NCBI GenBank assembly: GCA_965267575.1
Contig: OZ254086.1
Span: forward strand, 1,856,141-1,920,140
DNA from: Calditrichales bacterium
GTDB lineage: Bacteria > Calditrichota > Calditrichia > Calditrichales > J004
Direction: 5' to 3'
Length of the DNA stretch: 64,000 nt
Every line of letters begins with the position of its first letter. Position 1 is the stretch's first letter. Positions 1-7,968 of this stretch are shown here, one piece after another. The translations under genes were made by a program, and so were the position numbers. The notes under the pieces are model-generated. The model searched no databases and was not told where the DNA came from. It saw nothing but the letters and a program-made list of their open reading frames with translations.

Positions 1-809
1 TCTACCGCGTGCTCAACACATCGCAGGAGGGCTGTGCCCATCTTTTTGGCAGGCAGGAGTGGGCCGCGTTTGACGAAGGCCGTATCGCCAAAGAGCATTA
101 TTCCACAACGCTCCCCGAAGATTTAGTGGAAAGTGTTAAGGCGATTGTCTTTGCTGTTCAGGACGATCGTATCAAGGATGCCAGCCGTGTTATTCTAAAA
201 TACCGTCTCAAAAACAAATGCGTTTTCCACCTTAGCGGCGCCAAGGGCAGTTCCGAATTGGAACACCTGGCCGCGCGTGGCGCATTGACCGGCGCCCTCC
301 ATCCCCTGCAATCTTTTGCCAATCCTTTTGAAGATATCCACCACTGGAAAAACGTGCTTTTCTCGTTTGAAGGCGATAAGGGCGCGCTGCTCCAAGCCAG
401 GGATATTGCGGAGCGGGCAAAGGGCCGCCTGATCACCGTAAGCGAGGAGCAGAAAGTGGCCATACACCTGGCCGGTGTATTTTCTGCCAACTACTTGGTA
501 CCCATGCTCAACATAGCCGAAAATATCCTGCACACGGCGGGCATCAACGATCTACCCGCCAACGAAATGCTTTTTCCGCTGCTGCGCGGCGTCACTTTCA
601 ACTACGCTCAAAGATCATCCGAAAAAATACTTACCGGGCCGCTGGTGCGCGGAGACGTTACCGTCCTGCGCCGCCACCTGGATTTTCTCAAACGCAATGA
701 GGGCAACAGCGAGCTATATGTGCAACTGGCCCGGATGATCCTCGACAACCCCCGCTTTGATATTGCCGACCGTGAGCGCATTGCCGCTCTTATAGAAACG
801 TATAAGTGA
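1..809 (+). CDS. Rossmann-like / DUF2520 domain protein (prephenate-dehydrogenase-like oxidoreductase family). The 5' end lies outside the window.
   Basis: The reading frame is open to base 1. The C-terminal half matches the DUF2520 pattern (LHPLQSF..., FSFEGD, VFSANYLV, LTGPLVRGD). Confidence 0.75.
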   Translation, partial: YRVLNTSQEGCAHLFGRQEWAAFDEGRIAKEHYSTTLPEDLVESVKAIVFAVQDDRIKDASRVILKYRLKNKCVFHLSGAKGSSELEHLAARGALTGALHPLQSFANPFEDIHHWKNVLFSFEGDKGALLQARDIAERAKGRLITVSEEQKVAIHLAGVFSANYLVPMLNIAENILHTAGINDLPANEMLFPLLRGVTFNYAQRSSEKILTGPLVRGDVTVLRRHLDFLKRNEGNSELYVQLARMILDNPRFDIADRERIAALIETYK

Positions 810-873
810 TTGCTGTAACGTCTTCGTTTGCCCCGCGTCCAAAACAGAGTAAGTAAAATGACAGGAGTGAACC

Positions 874-1284
874 ATGGCACGCATAACGCAAGACAAAGAG
901 ATCAAAAACATCCTTGAACAAAGTAAAGTAATCGCCGTCGTAGGTATGTCGCAAAAGACCTGGCGCGACAGCAACAAGATCGGCCGCTACCTGATGGACA
1001 ACGGCTACCGCGTGATACCGGTGAATCCGGCCTACGATGAGATCGATGGCGAAAAATGTTATGACAGCCTGAAAGACATTTCCGTGGATATTGATATTGT
1101 GGATGTGTTCCGCAAGCCCGAGGCGGTGGCTGAAATCGCCGACGAGGCAATCGACATTGGCGCAAAGACGCTGTGGCTGCAGCTTGGCGTGGTAGATGAA
1201 GAAGCCGCGGAAAAAGCCTCCAACGCCGGCCTGAATGTTATAATGGATCACTGCATCATGGTGGAACACAGGAAGTTGCTTTGA
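874..1284 (+). CDS. CoA-binding domain protein (YccU/YneT-like)
   Basis: 136 aa with the motifs IAVVGMS...WRDSN, YRVIPVNP and DIVDVFRKPE, typical of the CoA_binding_2 family. An AGGAG Shine-Dalgarno site lies upstream. Confidence 0.8.
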   Translation: MARITQDKEIKNILEQSKVIAVVGMSQKTWRDSNKIGRYLMDNGYRVIPVNPAYDEIDGEKCYDSLKDISVDIDIVDVFRKPEAVAEIADEAIDIGAKTLWLQLGVVDEEAAEKASNAGLNVIMDHCIMVEHRKLL

Positions 1285-1489
1285 GAATTTAATTTGGTAC
1301 ATGGCAATAAAAAAAGAGCTGCTTACTGATTCATACGGTAAGCAACCAGTTGTTTTGATAAATCGCCAGTTGGGTCATTTAGTATTCTCTTTTGCCTGGA
1401 TTTTAAGTCAAGGCACATTGTTCTTTTTGCCTGTCCAAACCCGATTACCGCGCCTCCCTGCGCTCATCGGGATGAAATCATCCCGGATT

Positions 1490-1575
1490 TCAAAACAATC
1501 CCAAAAGACCTGACGCATTGAGTCTTGCACCTTTGGGTTTTTCGCAAAAAATTATGGATGGGAAACGGCGCTCTA
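1490..1575. repeat. Left half (copy Y) of a ~120-nt hairpin-rich repeat that is contiguous at 7126-7242
   Basis: aaaagacctgacgcattgRgtcttgc plus ttcgcRWaaaattat...ggcgcYcta aligns with 7142-7215. It contains the hairpin AAGAC(C)-N10-(G)GTCTT. Confidence 0.7.
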
Positions 1576-1632
1576 CAAAGAAATGGATATATTATAACTT
1601 GACTTTAAAAATATCCACGTTAAATTTAAACC

Positions 1633-2793
1633 ATGTTTAAAAGATGGTTTTCCGTTAAAGACGATAAAAGCAGTCTGATAATAGGCCCCCGGCGCAGTGG
1701 CAAAACAACCTTGCTTAAAGCGCTGTTTCCGGACTATAAATATGTTACGCTCGATAACCTGGATTACCTGGATTGGGCCGGGAAAGATCCAAAAGGTTTT
1801 ATAGAGAGTCTCGGTTCTAAAGCGATTATCGATGAAATACAACGCGATCCAAAATTGACTGTCGCGGTTAAGTACGCCATCGATAACCAAAATGTGCATT
1901 TTCTGATGACGGGTTCAAGCTCCATCGGTTTGCTGGATAAGGCTGCCGATACGCTGGCCGGCCGAATAAATCTGCGTGCTCTTCCAACGGCCTGTTTTGG
2001 CGAAAATGCAGGAGCTCCCACGCACAAAATTCTGGATGAACAGCCGGAACGTTTGCAAATAAAGAAAGGGCAAAGACTCCTGGAAAACGCCCTGGAGTAT
2101 GGCCAGTTCCCCGAGGTTCTTACCTGCCAAACGGACGAAGAAAAAAGCGATCTGCTTTTAAACTACCGTGACACATACTTCACGCGTGACCTGATGCAAA
2201 TGGCCAACCTGGAAAACCTGGACGGGCTTTTGACGGTTTTTTATCATCTGGCACGTAGCATTTCTTCGCATCTCGAAGTGGCAAATTTTGCCAGGGAATC
2301 GGACATGAGCTATCCGACGACAAAAAAATATCTCAACAATCTCTTTATGTCTCATCTGACTTTTCGATTGTATGGGTATCAGTATGGCCCGGCTAAGAAA
2401 TTTATCAAAGCTTCAAAAACCTATTTTGCGGACAATGGCATAATTAAAAGCCTGAACGTTAAACTAAATGATGGCCAGATCCTGGAAAACTTTGTCATTG
2501 CGGAATTTGAAAAACGTCGTAAGCTTGGTTTTTTGAAATGCGACAGGCTCTATTATTACAAAAGCGCCGCCGGCCGTGAAATAGACCTGTTGTTTGAAAT
2601 TGATGACCGGCTTCACGCAATTGAGATAAAACATACCCGAAATCCGGCGCCAAGGGATGTAAGCAATCTGGTGCAATTTTCAAAGCAACTTGATAAACCG
2701 GTAAATCTGTTTTTGTTCTATACCGGCGAAGAATATGGCGAGATAAACGGCGTCAAAATAGTACCGGTGGCGGCATTGTTCGGCGGGGTCTGA
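1633..2793 (+). CDS. AAA+ ATPase with a DUF4143 C-terminal domain (COG1373-type)
   Basis: Walker A GPRRSGKTT. The 386 aa length and the C-terminal AGREIDLL...IEIK pattern are typical of AAA_14/DUF4143 proteins. Confidence 0.8.
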   Translation: MFKRWFSVKDDKSSLIIGPRRSGKTTLLKALFPDYKYVTLDNLDYLDWAGKDPKGFIESLGSKAIIDEIQRDPKLTVAVKYAIDNQNVHFLMTGSSSIGLLDKAADTLAGRINLRALPTACFGENAGAPTHKILDEQPERLQIKKGQRLLENALEYGQFPEVLTCQTDEEKSDLLLNYRDTYFTRDLMQMANLENLDGLLTVFYHLARSISSHLEVANFARESDMSYPTTKKYLNNLFMSHLTFRLYGYQYGPAKKFIKASKTYFADNGIIKSLNVKLNDGQILENFVIAEFEKRRKLGFLKCDRLYYYKSAAGREIDLLFEIDDRLHAIEIKHTRNPAPRDVSNLVQFSKQLDKPVNLFLFYTGEEYGEINGVKIVPVAALFGGV

Positions 2794-2813
2794 AAGGTTT
2801 TAATCAAGGCCTA

Positions 2814-2862
2814 TGCCCAGGGACGGGCGCTCTATAATGCGTCGTCGCGCTTGGGGCGCGAT
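2814..2862. repeat. Right half (copy Z) of the same repeat
   Basis: 2836-2862 (aatgcgtcgtcgcgcttggggcgcgat) is identical to 7216-7242. It contains the hairpin TCGCGC-ttgggg-GCGCGA. Confidence 0.8.
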
Positions 2863-2883
2863 AAGGATTTTTAGTTCTTTGAC

Positions 2884-3915
2884 ATGTGCCACCTCCGTTT
2901 CCGCAGCTCCGAAGCCAGCAGCAACCGGCCCTACCTGGAAGTAAAATACAAGATCGAATACACCGCCAACTACTACCTGAAAGACCACCTGGGAAATATC
3001 AGGGTAACGGTGGATGAAAACGGCGACGTGGTCAGCCATGATGACTATTACCCCTTTGGGCTGCAGATGGCGGGGCGCTCCTTTAATGCCGGCACGGATA
3101 ATGATATTTATAAGTACAATGGCAAGGAGCTGGATGATGAAGCCGGCATTAACTGGCATTATTACGGGGCACGGTATTATGATGCAGTGATAGGGCGGTG
3201 GATGGCGGTTGATCCATTAGCTTACAAATATTATTCCGTCAGCCCGTATGTATATACTTTGAACAATCCAACGAAGTATATAGACCCAAATGGGATGGAA
3301 GTTCGTGGAGATAGTACAGACTTAGCACAAGTTGCTGAAAGTCTAAATAATGAAAATGAAGGCGCGAATGTAACTGTTGAAAAAAAGCCTGAAAAGAAAG
3401 TAGATGTTTGGGGAACAATTAAAAACTTCTTTTCTGGTTCAATAGAAGTCGCCTATACAACAAATACTTACTTTGCTTTATCTACAAATGGAAGCAGTTT
3501 TAATTGGGGTGCAAATAAATTTACCTCGGCAATGTATGATGTGATAAATAGTCGAGATATTATTTATGATGTGAAAATTTCTGAAAAATACAATGGCCCG
3601 GATAATGCTATTAAAGGGACTGATATAGCGTCACAATTAGGAGGTGGGTATTTTGATGAAAGAAGTGGAGGCGGAACCGTTTGGCTGTCGGGAGTTGGTA
3701 CGCATAGCGAGTCAATAGGTGTAAGATTTATGCATGAAGCGATCGGACACGGACACCCGGTAACAGGTATAGGATGGGAAGGAAATGCCACACTTGTGAA
3801 TCAGCACTACAATGGACGATACGATTCTGGTCACTACGGTTATCATCCTGTTGTCGGATGGAGATATATAAATTTATACAGGATGGAACAGGTGGGGAGG
3901 AAAGTACTTAAATAA
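2884..3915 (+). CDS. Orphan polymorphic-toxin cassette 1: tail of a DNRLRE domain, RHS repeat-associated core, and a C-terminal HExxH zincin-like toxin domain
   Basis: The RHS core signature is present (YYLKDHLGN..., YYPFGL, YNGKELDDEAGINWHYYGARYYD..GRW...DP, ...NPTKYIDPNGM). HEAIGH is at 3733-3750. The 5' start is not credible because homology begins abruptly at about 2891. Confidence 0.75.
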   Translation: MCHLRFRSSEASSNRPYLEVKYKIEYTANYYLKDHLGNIRVTVDENGDVVSHDDYYPFGLQMAGRSFNAGTDNDIYKYNGKELDDEAGINWHYYGARYYDAVIGRWMAVDPLAYKYYSVSPYVYTLNNPTKYIDPNGMEVRGDSTDLAQVAESLNNENEGANVTVEKKPEKKVDVWGTIKNFFSGSIEVAYTTNTYFALSTNGSSFNWGANKFTSAMYDVINSRDIIYDVKISEKYNGPDNAIKGTDIASQLGGGYFDERSGGGTVWLSGVGTHSESIGVRFMHEAIGHGHPVTGIGWEGNATLVNQHYNGRYDSGHYGYHPVVGWRYINLYRMEQVGRKVLK

Positions 3916-3928
3916 TGGGGTTTTAGAA

Positions 3929-4666
3929 ATGAATACTAAAAGCATCGTCAAAAAGAACATTCTTATTATCTTTGGTATTTCTCTTTTAATCTCATCGAGC
4001 ATTTTGATTTCTCAAAGTTTCAAAGATAATAAGTACAATAATAATAATATAAATAATGAAAATGTAATAAATAATTCAGGTTCTATTGATGGGATTGGAG
4101 TTCCATATTTTTACAAAGAACGGAGCATTTTTAGGACAACCCCGCAAGTACTTTTTGTAGTGATTTTTTCGATTCTCATGGGTTTTGTCTTTTTGTTCTT
4201 TCCCACCGAAGTAAAAGCTATTTTTTGTTATAATTTAAATCTGAAATATCTTATTGGCTATTTAATTTTTGTCTTACTTTTTGCTTTTGCTATAAAATAC
4301 TTTCATGTTAAAGTATTCTTTTATAACCACAATTTTTTATTTTTAAATGGTATTATTTTTTTGCTAATATTATTCTTGTTTTTAAGACTGTGGCGAATTA
4401 ATCCGAGCAAACGAATAATATTTTTTATTAGTATTTTGTTATGTTTTTATCAAGGAATCGGACTACTGATTGAGTTGGGTAATTTTTTTGTACCATTATT
4501 TATCCACGAAGGTAAATGGCCGTTAGTAGATGGAAATTATATAGCAATATATGATTCATTCATGAATCACAAGTTTACGCTTGGATATACTCTGTTTAGA
4601 TTACAAAATAATTTTCTTCTACTCTTTTCACTATTTTTTTTATTTAAGCTGAAACTTAAAGAATAA
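3929..4666 (+). CDS. Multi-pass membrane protein with a poly-Asn tract; putative immunity protein for cassette 1
   Basis: Starts 13 nt after the toxin stop. Very AT-rich, with about 6 hydrophobic helices. The immunity role is inferred from position only. Confidence 0.55.
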   Translation: MNTKSIVKKNILIIFGISLLISSSILISQSFKDNKYNNNNINNENVINNSGSIDGIGVPYFYKERSIFRTTPQVLFVVIFSILMGFVFLFFPTEVKAIFCYNLNLKYLIGYLIFVLLFAFAIKYFHVKVFFYNHNFLFLNGIIFLLILFLFLRLWRINPSKRIIFFISILLCFYQGIGLLIELGNFFVPLFIHEGKWPLVDGNYIAIYDSFMNHKFTLGYTLFRLQNNFLLLFSLFFLFKLKLKE

Positions 4667-4677
4667 AATATCTAATT

Positions 4678-5822
4678 TTGTCATTTGTTTTTCGAGCTAT
4701 TTTTGCTCTGAAACGGACATCCAGCTACAACTGGAGCGGCACGCTGGCCGAAGGGGATTATGACCCCATGTACACCGATGAGCAGACCGTGGTGCTGAAT
4801 CCTTACCAGTGGTACGAATGGGATGTGCTGGAAGCGGTCTCCATGTGGCACAGCGGCTACGCCGGCAATTACGGAATGATCCTGATCGCAGCCAACGAAG
4901 ACTCCCCCGGTTATGACGTCCGTTTCCGCAGCTCCGAAGCCAGCAGCAACCGGCCCTACCTGGAAGTAAAATACAAGATCGAATACACCGCCAACTACTA
5001 CCTGAAAGACCACCTGGGAAATATCAGGGTAACGGTGGATGAAAACGGCGACGTGGTCAGCCATGATGACTATTACCCGTTTGGGCTTCAGATGGCGGGA
5101 CGCTCCTTCAACGCCGGGACGGATAATGATATTTATAAATACAATGGCAAGGAGCTGGATATGTATATAATTCACCCATTAATTATATAGATCCGATGGG
5201 TTTATCACCGGAAACAGATGAGATGATACGCCAATGGAGTAGTGAATGGGATGCTGTGTGGGGTCCCGCAAATGGAATGCTTCCGGGCTGGGATAGTTGG
5301 CATGGTTCCACCAATAGCTATTTGGAAAATTATCAAAATGACGCCGGCGGACATTGGGAAAGACAAGATTATGGAACATCGGCGGCTAACGACCCTATTA
5401 CGTGGCATGGATATGATTGGATTTGGGCTGGCCCTTACGAAATTGGCTGGCTTGGGCTCTTATTAGAGGACATACCAGCAAGACATATTACTTTCAGAAA
5501 TGGCAGTGTTTATGCTACAGACAGACGGGGGCCTGTTGGGACGTTTACCGTACATACAGGCATGCCTCCTGATGCGGGACTTCCCTCACTCAAACTGTTA
5601 AAAGGAAGCAAAGATGTAGCCGCACTGATTCAAATCGCGAAAAGAGCCAAAAAAACTGGTGTAACTGTTAAAGAGGCTAAGATTCTTTTAGAATGGGCAA
5701 GAGAATAAGGGCTTAAAACATCACAAGGAATTGAGCGCCATTTATCAAGAAATTTTAAAGATTGGCATATTAGAATAGGCCGCACTAACCATATAAGAGT
5801 AAATAATTATCGTGGAAAGTAA
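4678..5822 (+). pseudogene. Orphan toxin cassette 2: DNRLRE C-terminal part, a truncated RHS core, and a Trp-rich C-terminal domain. It is disrupted by a frameshift and an in-frame TAA.
   Basis: 4916-5160 duplicates 2891-3136. The core segment DEAGINWHYYGARYYD...SP is deleted at 5160, which shifts the frame (the next frame reads YVYNSPINYIDPMGL). The TAA at 5706-5708 is followed by 37 more in-frame codons. Confidence 0.7.
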
Positions 5823-5844
5823 TTTCGTTGAGCAGGAGGGTGTT

Positions 5845-6285
5845 ATGAAAGAAATTAATATATCGCGTGGTTTTGCCAAAAAACACTACAAAGATATATT
5901 AAAACACGCCTTAGAACATTGTTCTTATTGTCTATATGTTGTGCAAGATTTTGAACTTGTAAATTCAAATGCATTGAAAATAATAAATAAAATGAGAATG
6001 AAGCTTGCAAAACAATATAAGGATTCGAAGTGGCCAGGAACTGAATTGTTAGATACGCAGGTCGATATTTTTATTCATATATTTGACTATGATACCTGCG
6101 AAATGCTAACCGGATTTGCCAGTGGCTTCCCTGCATGGCAGCATCCAGATTTACCTGAGGATTTATGCCTATTGAGAGAAGATATGTCTCCATATTTCAT
6201 ATCAATTGCACACGAGCGTGATTTTTATTTCTTGTTACAAGACAATGAATTTGAACTGCTTAAACATAGGTTCCCCATGTTTTAA
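5845..6285 (+). CDS. Hypothetical cytoplasmic protein; putative immunity protein for cassette 2
   Basis: The ATG is preceded by GGAGGG. AT-rich, 146 aa, immediately downstream of the toxin tip. No family recognised. Confidence 0.5.
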   Translation: MKEINISRGFAKKHYKDILKHALEHCSYCLYVVQDFELVNSNALKIINKMRMKLAKQYKDSKWPGTELLDTQVDIFIHIFDYDTCEMLTGFASGFPAWQHPDLPEDLCLLREDMSPYFISIAHERDFYFLLQDNEFELLKHRFPMF

Positions 6286-6302
6286 AACTTTTGTATAAAG
6301 AA

Positions 6303-6962
6303 ATGGACTCGCTGAAACAGGAACGGCGTCTTGCCCGGGCCGAGCTGGACGATTACGAGAATAAAGCGTTGCTGAAATTTATGCGCCGTGGCAAAAAGCT
6401 GTTCCACCTGCCGGATGATATCGCCTATGCCGAAGCGGACTCCGCGGAAGGGGAAAACCACGCCACCCTGAAACGGCGCCTGAAAACGATAGACGGCAAA
6501 CAGACGCTGATCACGGGCATCAAATATCAAAAGCTGCAGAAGTTTGCGGCTGGTGCGGTGGTGCTGGACCCGACCATCGAGACATCGCTGGATGCGGTGG
6601 AAGATGTCTGGCTGGAAAATTCAGGCAACAAGAACTATTACAGCATGCTGCTGGTGGCCAAGGACCGCAACTATGCCAAGAAACGCTCAATCATCAAGTT
6701 TGACATCAGCAGCATCCCGGGCATGGCCACCATCCAGAGCGCATCGCTGAACATGTACTACTTCAGCCGTGGCGGCAGCAGCAGTCAATATCCCTGGATC
6801 GATCGTCCTATTCGCACGCACCGGCTTTTAAAGGATTGGCAGGAAGCCTATGCCACCAGCATCAAACGGACATCCGCTCAGAATTGGAGCGGCACACTGG
6901 CCGAAGGGGAACGGCTCTTAAAACCTAAACACGCTAAGAGGCGTTTACTGCGCGTTTGTTGA
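6303..6962 (+). pseudogene. N-terminal fragment of a DNRLRE-domain (RHS-type) protein, truncated at about 6910
   Basis: The DNRLRE-like pattern is present (TIETSLDAVEDVWL, KNYY, IIKFDISSIP, ATIQSASLNMYY). KRTSAQNWSGTLAEG (6864-6910) is homologous to 4710-4756, and homology then stops. The remaining 17 codons run into the repeat element. Confidence 0.65.
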
Positions 6963-7125
6963 GCGGGTCGTATAGCTCAAACTCAAGGCCCTGCGGGCCA
7001 TACTGTCATAGCAGCTAAAAACGGCGGTAATTCTGCAACCCCATCGGGGTGTACCGGCAGGCCGCCGCGATGCGGCTGCTTCTTTTTCAGGTAACCTTTT
7101 CTATGACGGAATGCATCTACGATGC

Positions 7126-7242
7126 TCAAAACGTCGAAAGCAAAAAGACCTGACGCATTGGGTCTTGCTTCTTTCAGGCTTTCGCGTAAAATTATTGCCG
7201 GGGATAGGCGCCCTAAATGCGTCGTCGCGCTTGGGGCGCGAT
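7126..7242. repeat. Contiguous copy (X) of the hairpin-rich repeat
   Basis: Aligns to 1490-1575 and then to 2814-2862 with no intervening gene. Confidence 0.75.
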
Positions 7243-7330
7243 GGGGTGAGATATCCAATTAAAAATTTACTGACATCAAGGTTGTCTTGTGGCAAATGAA
7301 ATTGTGCTATGAATACTACGTCAACATCTT

Positions 7331-7410
7331 AATTCAGCAATTCAGCAATTCAGCAATTCAGCAATTCAGCAATTCAGCAATTCAGCAATTCACTGATTCA
7401 ATCATTCAAG
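7331..7410. repeat. Tandem octamer array: (AATTCAGC) x7 perfect, then 3 degenerate units
   Basis: Read directly from the sequence. The array abuts and overlaps the stop codon of the minus-strand HD gene. Confidence 0.95.
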
Positions 7411-7957
7411 GATTAAGTCCCAGGTCGCCAGCGACGGGTTTAAGGGCATCGACAACAAACTCCGCGTGGCTGTCGAAATCCAGGTTCAGCTCTTCGGCGC
7501 CCTGACGCATTTCTTCGCGGCTTACTTTGGCGGCAAAGCGTTTGTCTTTCATTTTCTTTTTTACCGATTTGGCCGAAACCTGGCTGAGAGCCTTGTCCGG
7601 TTTTACAAGCGTAACGGCGGTTATAAAACCGCACAGTTCATCTACGGCAAACAGGGCTTTGGCCATGCGGCTTTCGCGCGGCACGCCCGTGTAGGTGGCG
7701 TGGCCCATAATGGCTTCGCGGATATCCTCGTCCACTCCCGCTTCGGTCAAAATTTTCTCGCCTTTGTAGGGATGTTCTTCGGGGAATTTCTCGTAATCAA
7801 AATCGTGCAGCAGCCCGGTGATGCCCCATTTTTCCACATCTTCATTCCATTTTTGGGCGTAAGCGCGCATGGCGGCTTCCACGGCATAGGCATGGCGCCG
7901 CAGGCTGTCCGTTTCCGTGTATTGATGCAATAATTCCAAAGCCGTACTACGATCCAT
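7406..7957 (-). CDS. HD/HDIG-domain metal-dependent phosphohydrolase
   Basis: The motifs H...LLHDFDYEKF...GH are present, and the 183 aa length is typical of stand-alone HDIG proteins. Confidence 0.8.
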   Translation of the reverse strand: MDRSTALELLHQYTETDSLRRHAYAVEAAMRAYAQKWNEDVEKWGITGLLHDFDYEKFPEEHPYKGEKILTEAGVDEDIREAIMGHATYTGVPRESRMAKALFAVDELCGFITAVTLVKPDKALSQVSAKSVKKKMKDKRFAAKVSREEMRQGAEELNLDFDSHAEFVVDALKPVAGDLGLNP

Positions 7958-7968
7958 AATGATTCCCT

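Noticed and set aside
1301-1513. 70-aa ORF downstream of the CoA-binding protein gene
   Set aside because: It spans a terminator-like hairpin and the left part of the repeat element. There is no SD and no family features.
1576-2825. Treating the ATPase insertion as a defined transposon or mobile element
   Set aside because: There are no terminal inverted repeats, transposase or integrase. Only a 9-nt junction repeat was seen. It is reported as an observation rather than annotated as a mobile element.
6905-7260. Structured non-coding region after the truncated DNRLRE fragment, considered as a group II intron remnant, retron msr/msd, integron attC site or known housekeeping RNA. Also the 91-aa minus-strand ORF at 6983-7258.
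   Set aside because: I found no domain V-like 34-nt hairpin with a GNRA loop and no reverse transcriptase or integrase nearby. There are no RYYYAAC/GTTRRRY attC boundaries, and no RNase P, SRP or tmRNA signature strings. The minus-strand ORF has no recognisable features. The region is kept only as a repeat element.
7331-7410. Possible CRISPR array (also considered for the other short-period arrays at 15009, 18533, 20113, 20436 and 59075)
   Set aside because: The units are 7-8 nt and directly abutting, with no spacers. There are no 25-40 nt repeats and no cas genes in the window.
7287-7505. 72-aa ORF with QQFSNSAI repeats
   Set aside because: It is the translation of the 8-nt tandem repeat (3 units = 24 nt = 8 aa). 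It then runs antisense into the HD-domain gene, so it is not a credible gene.
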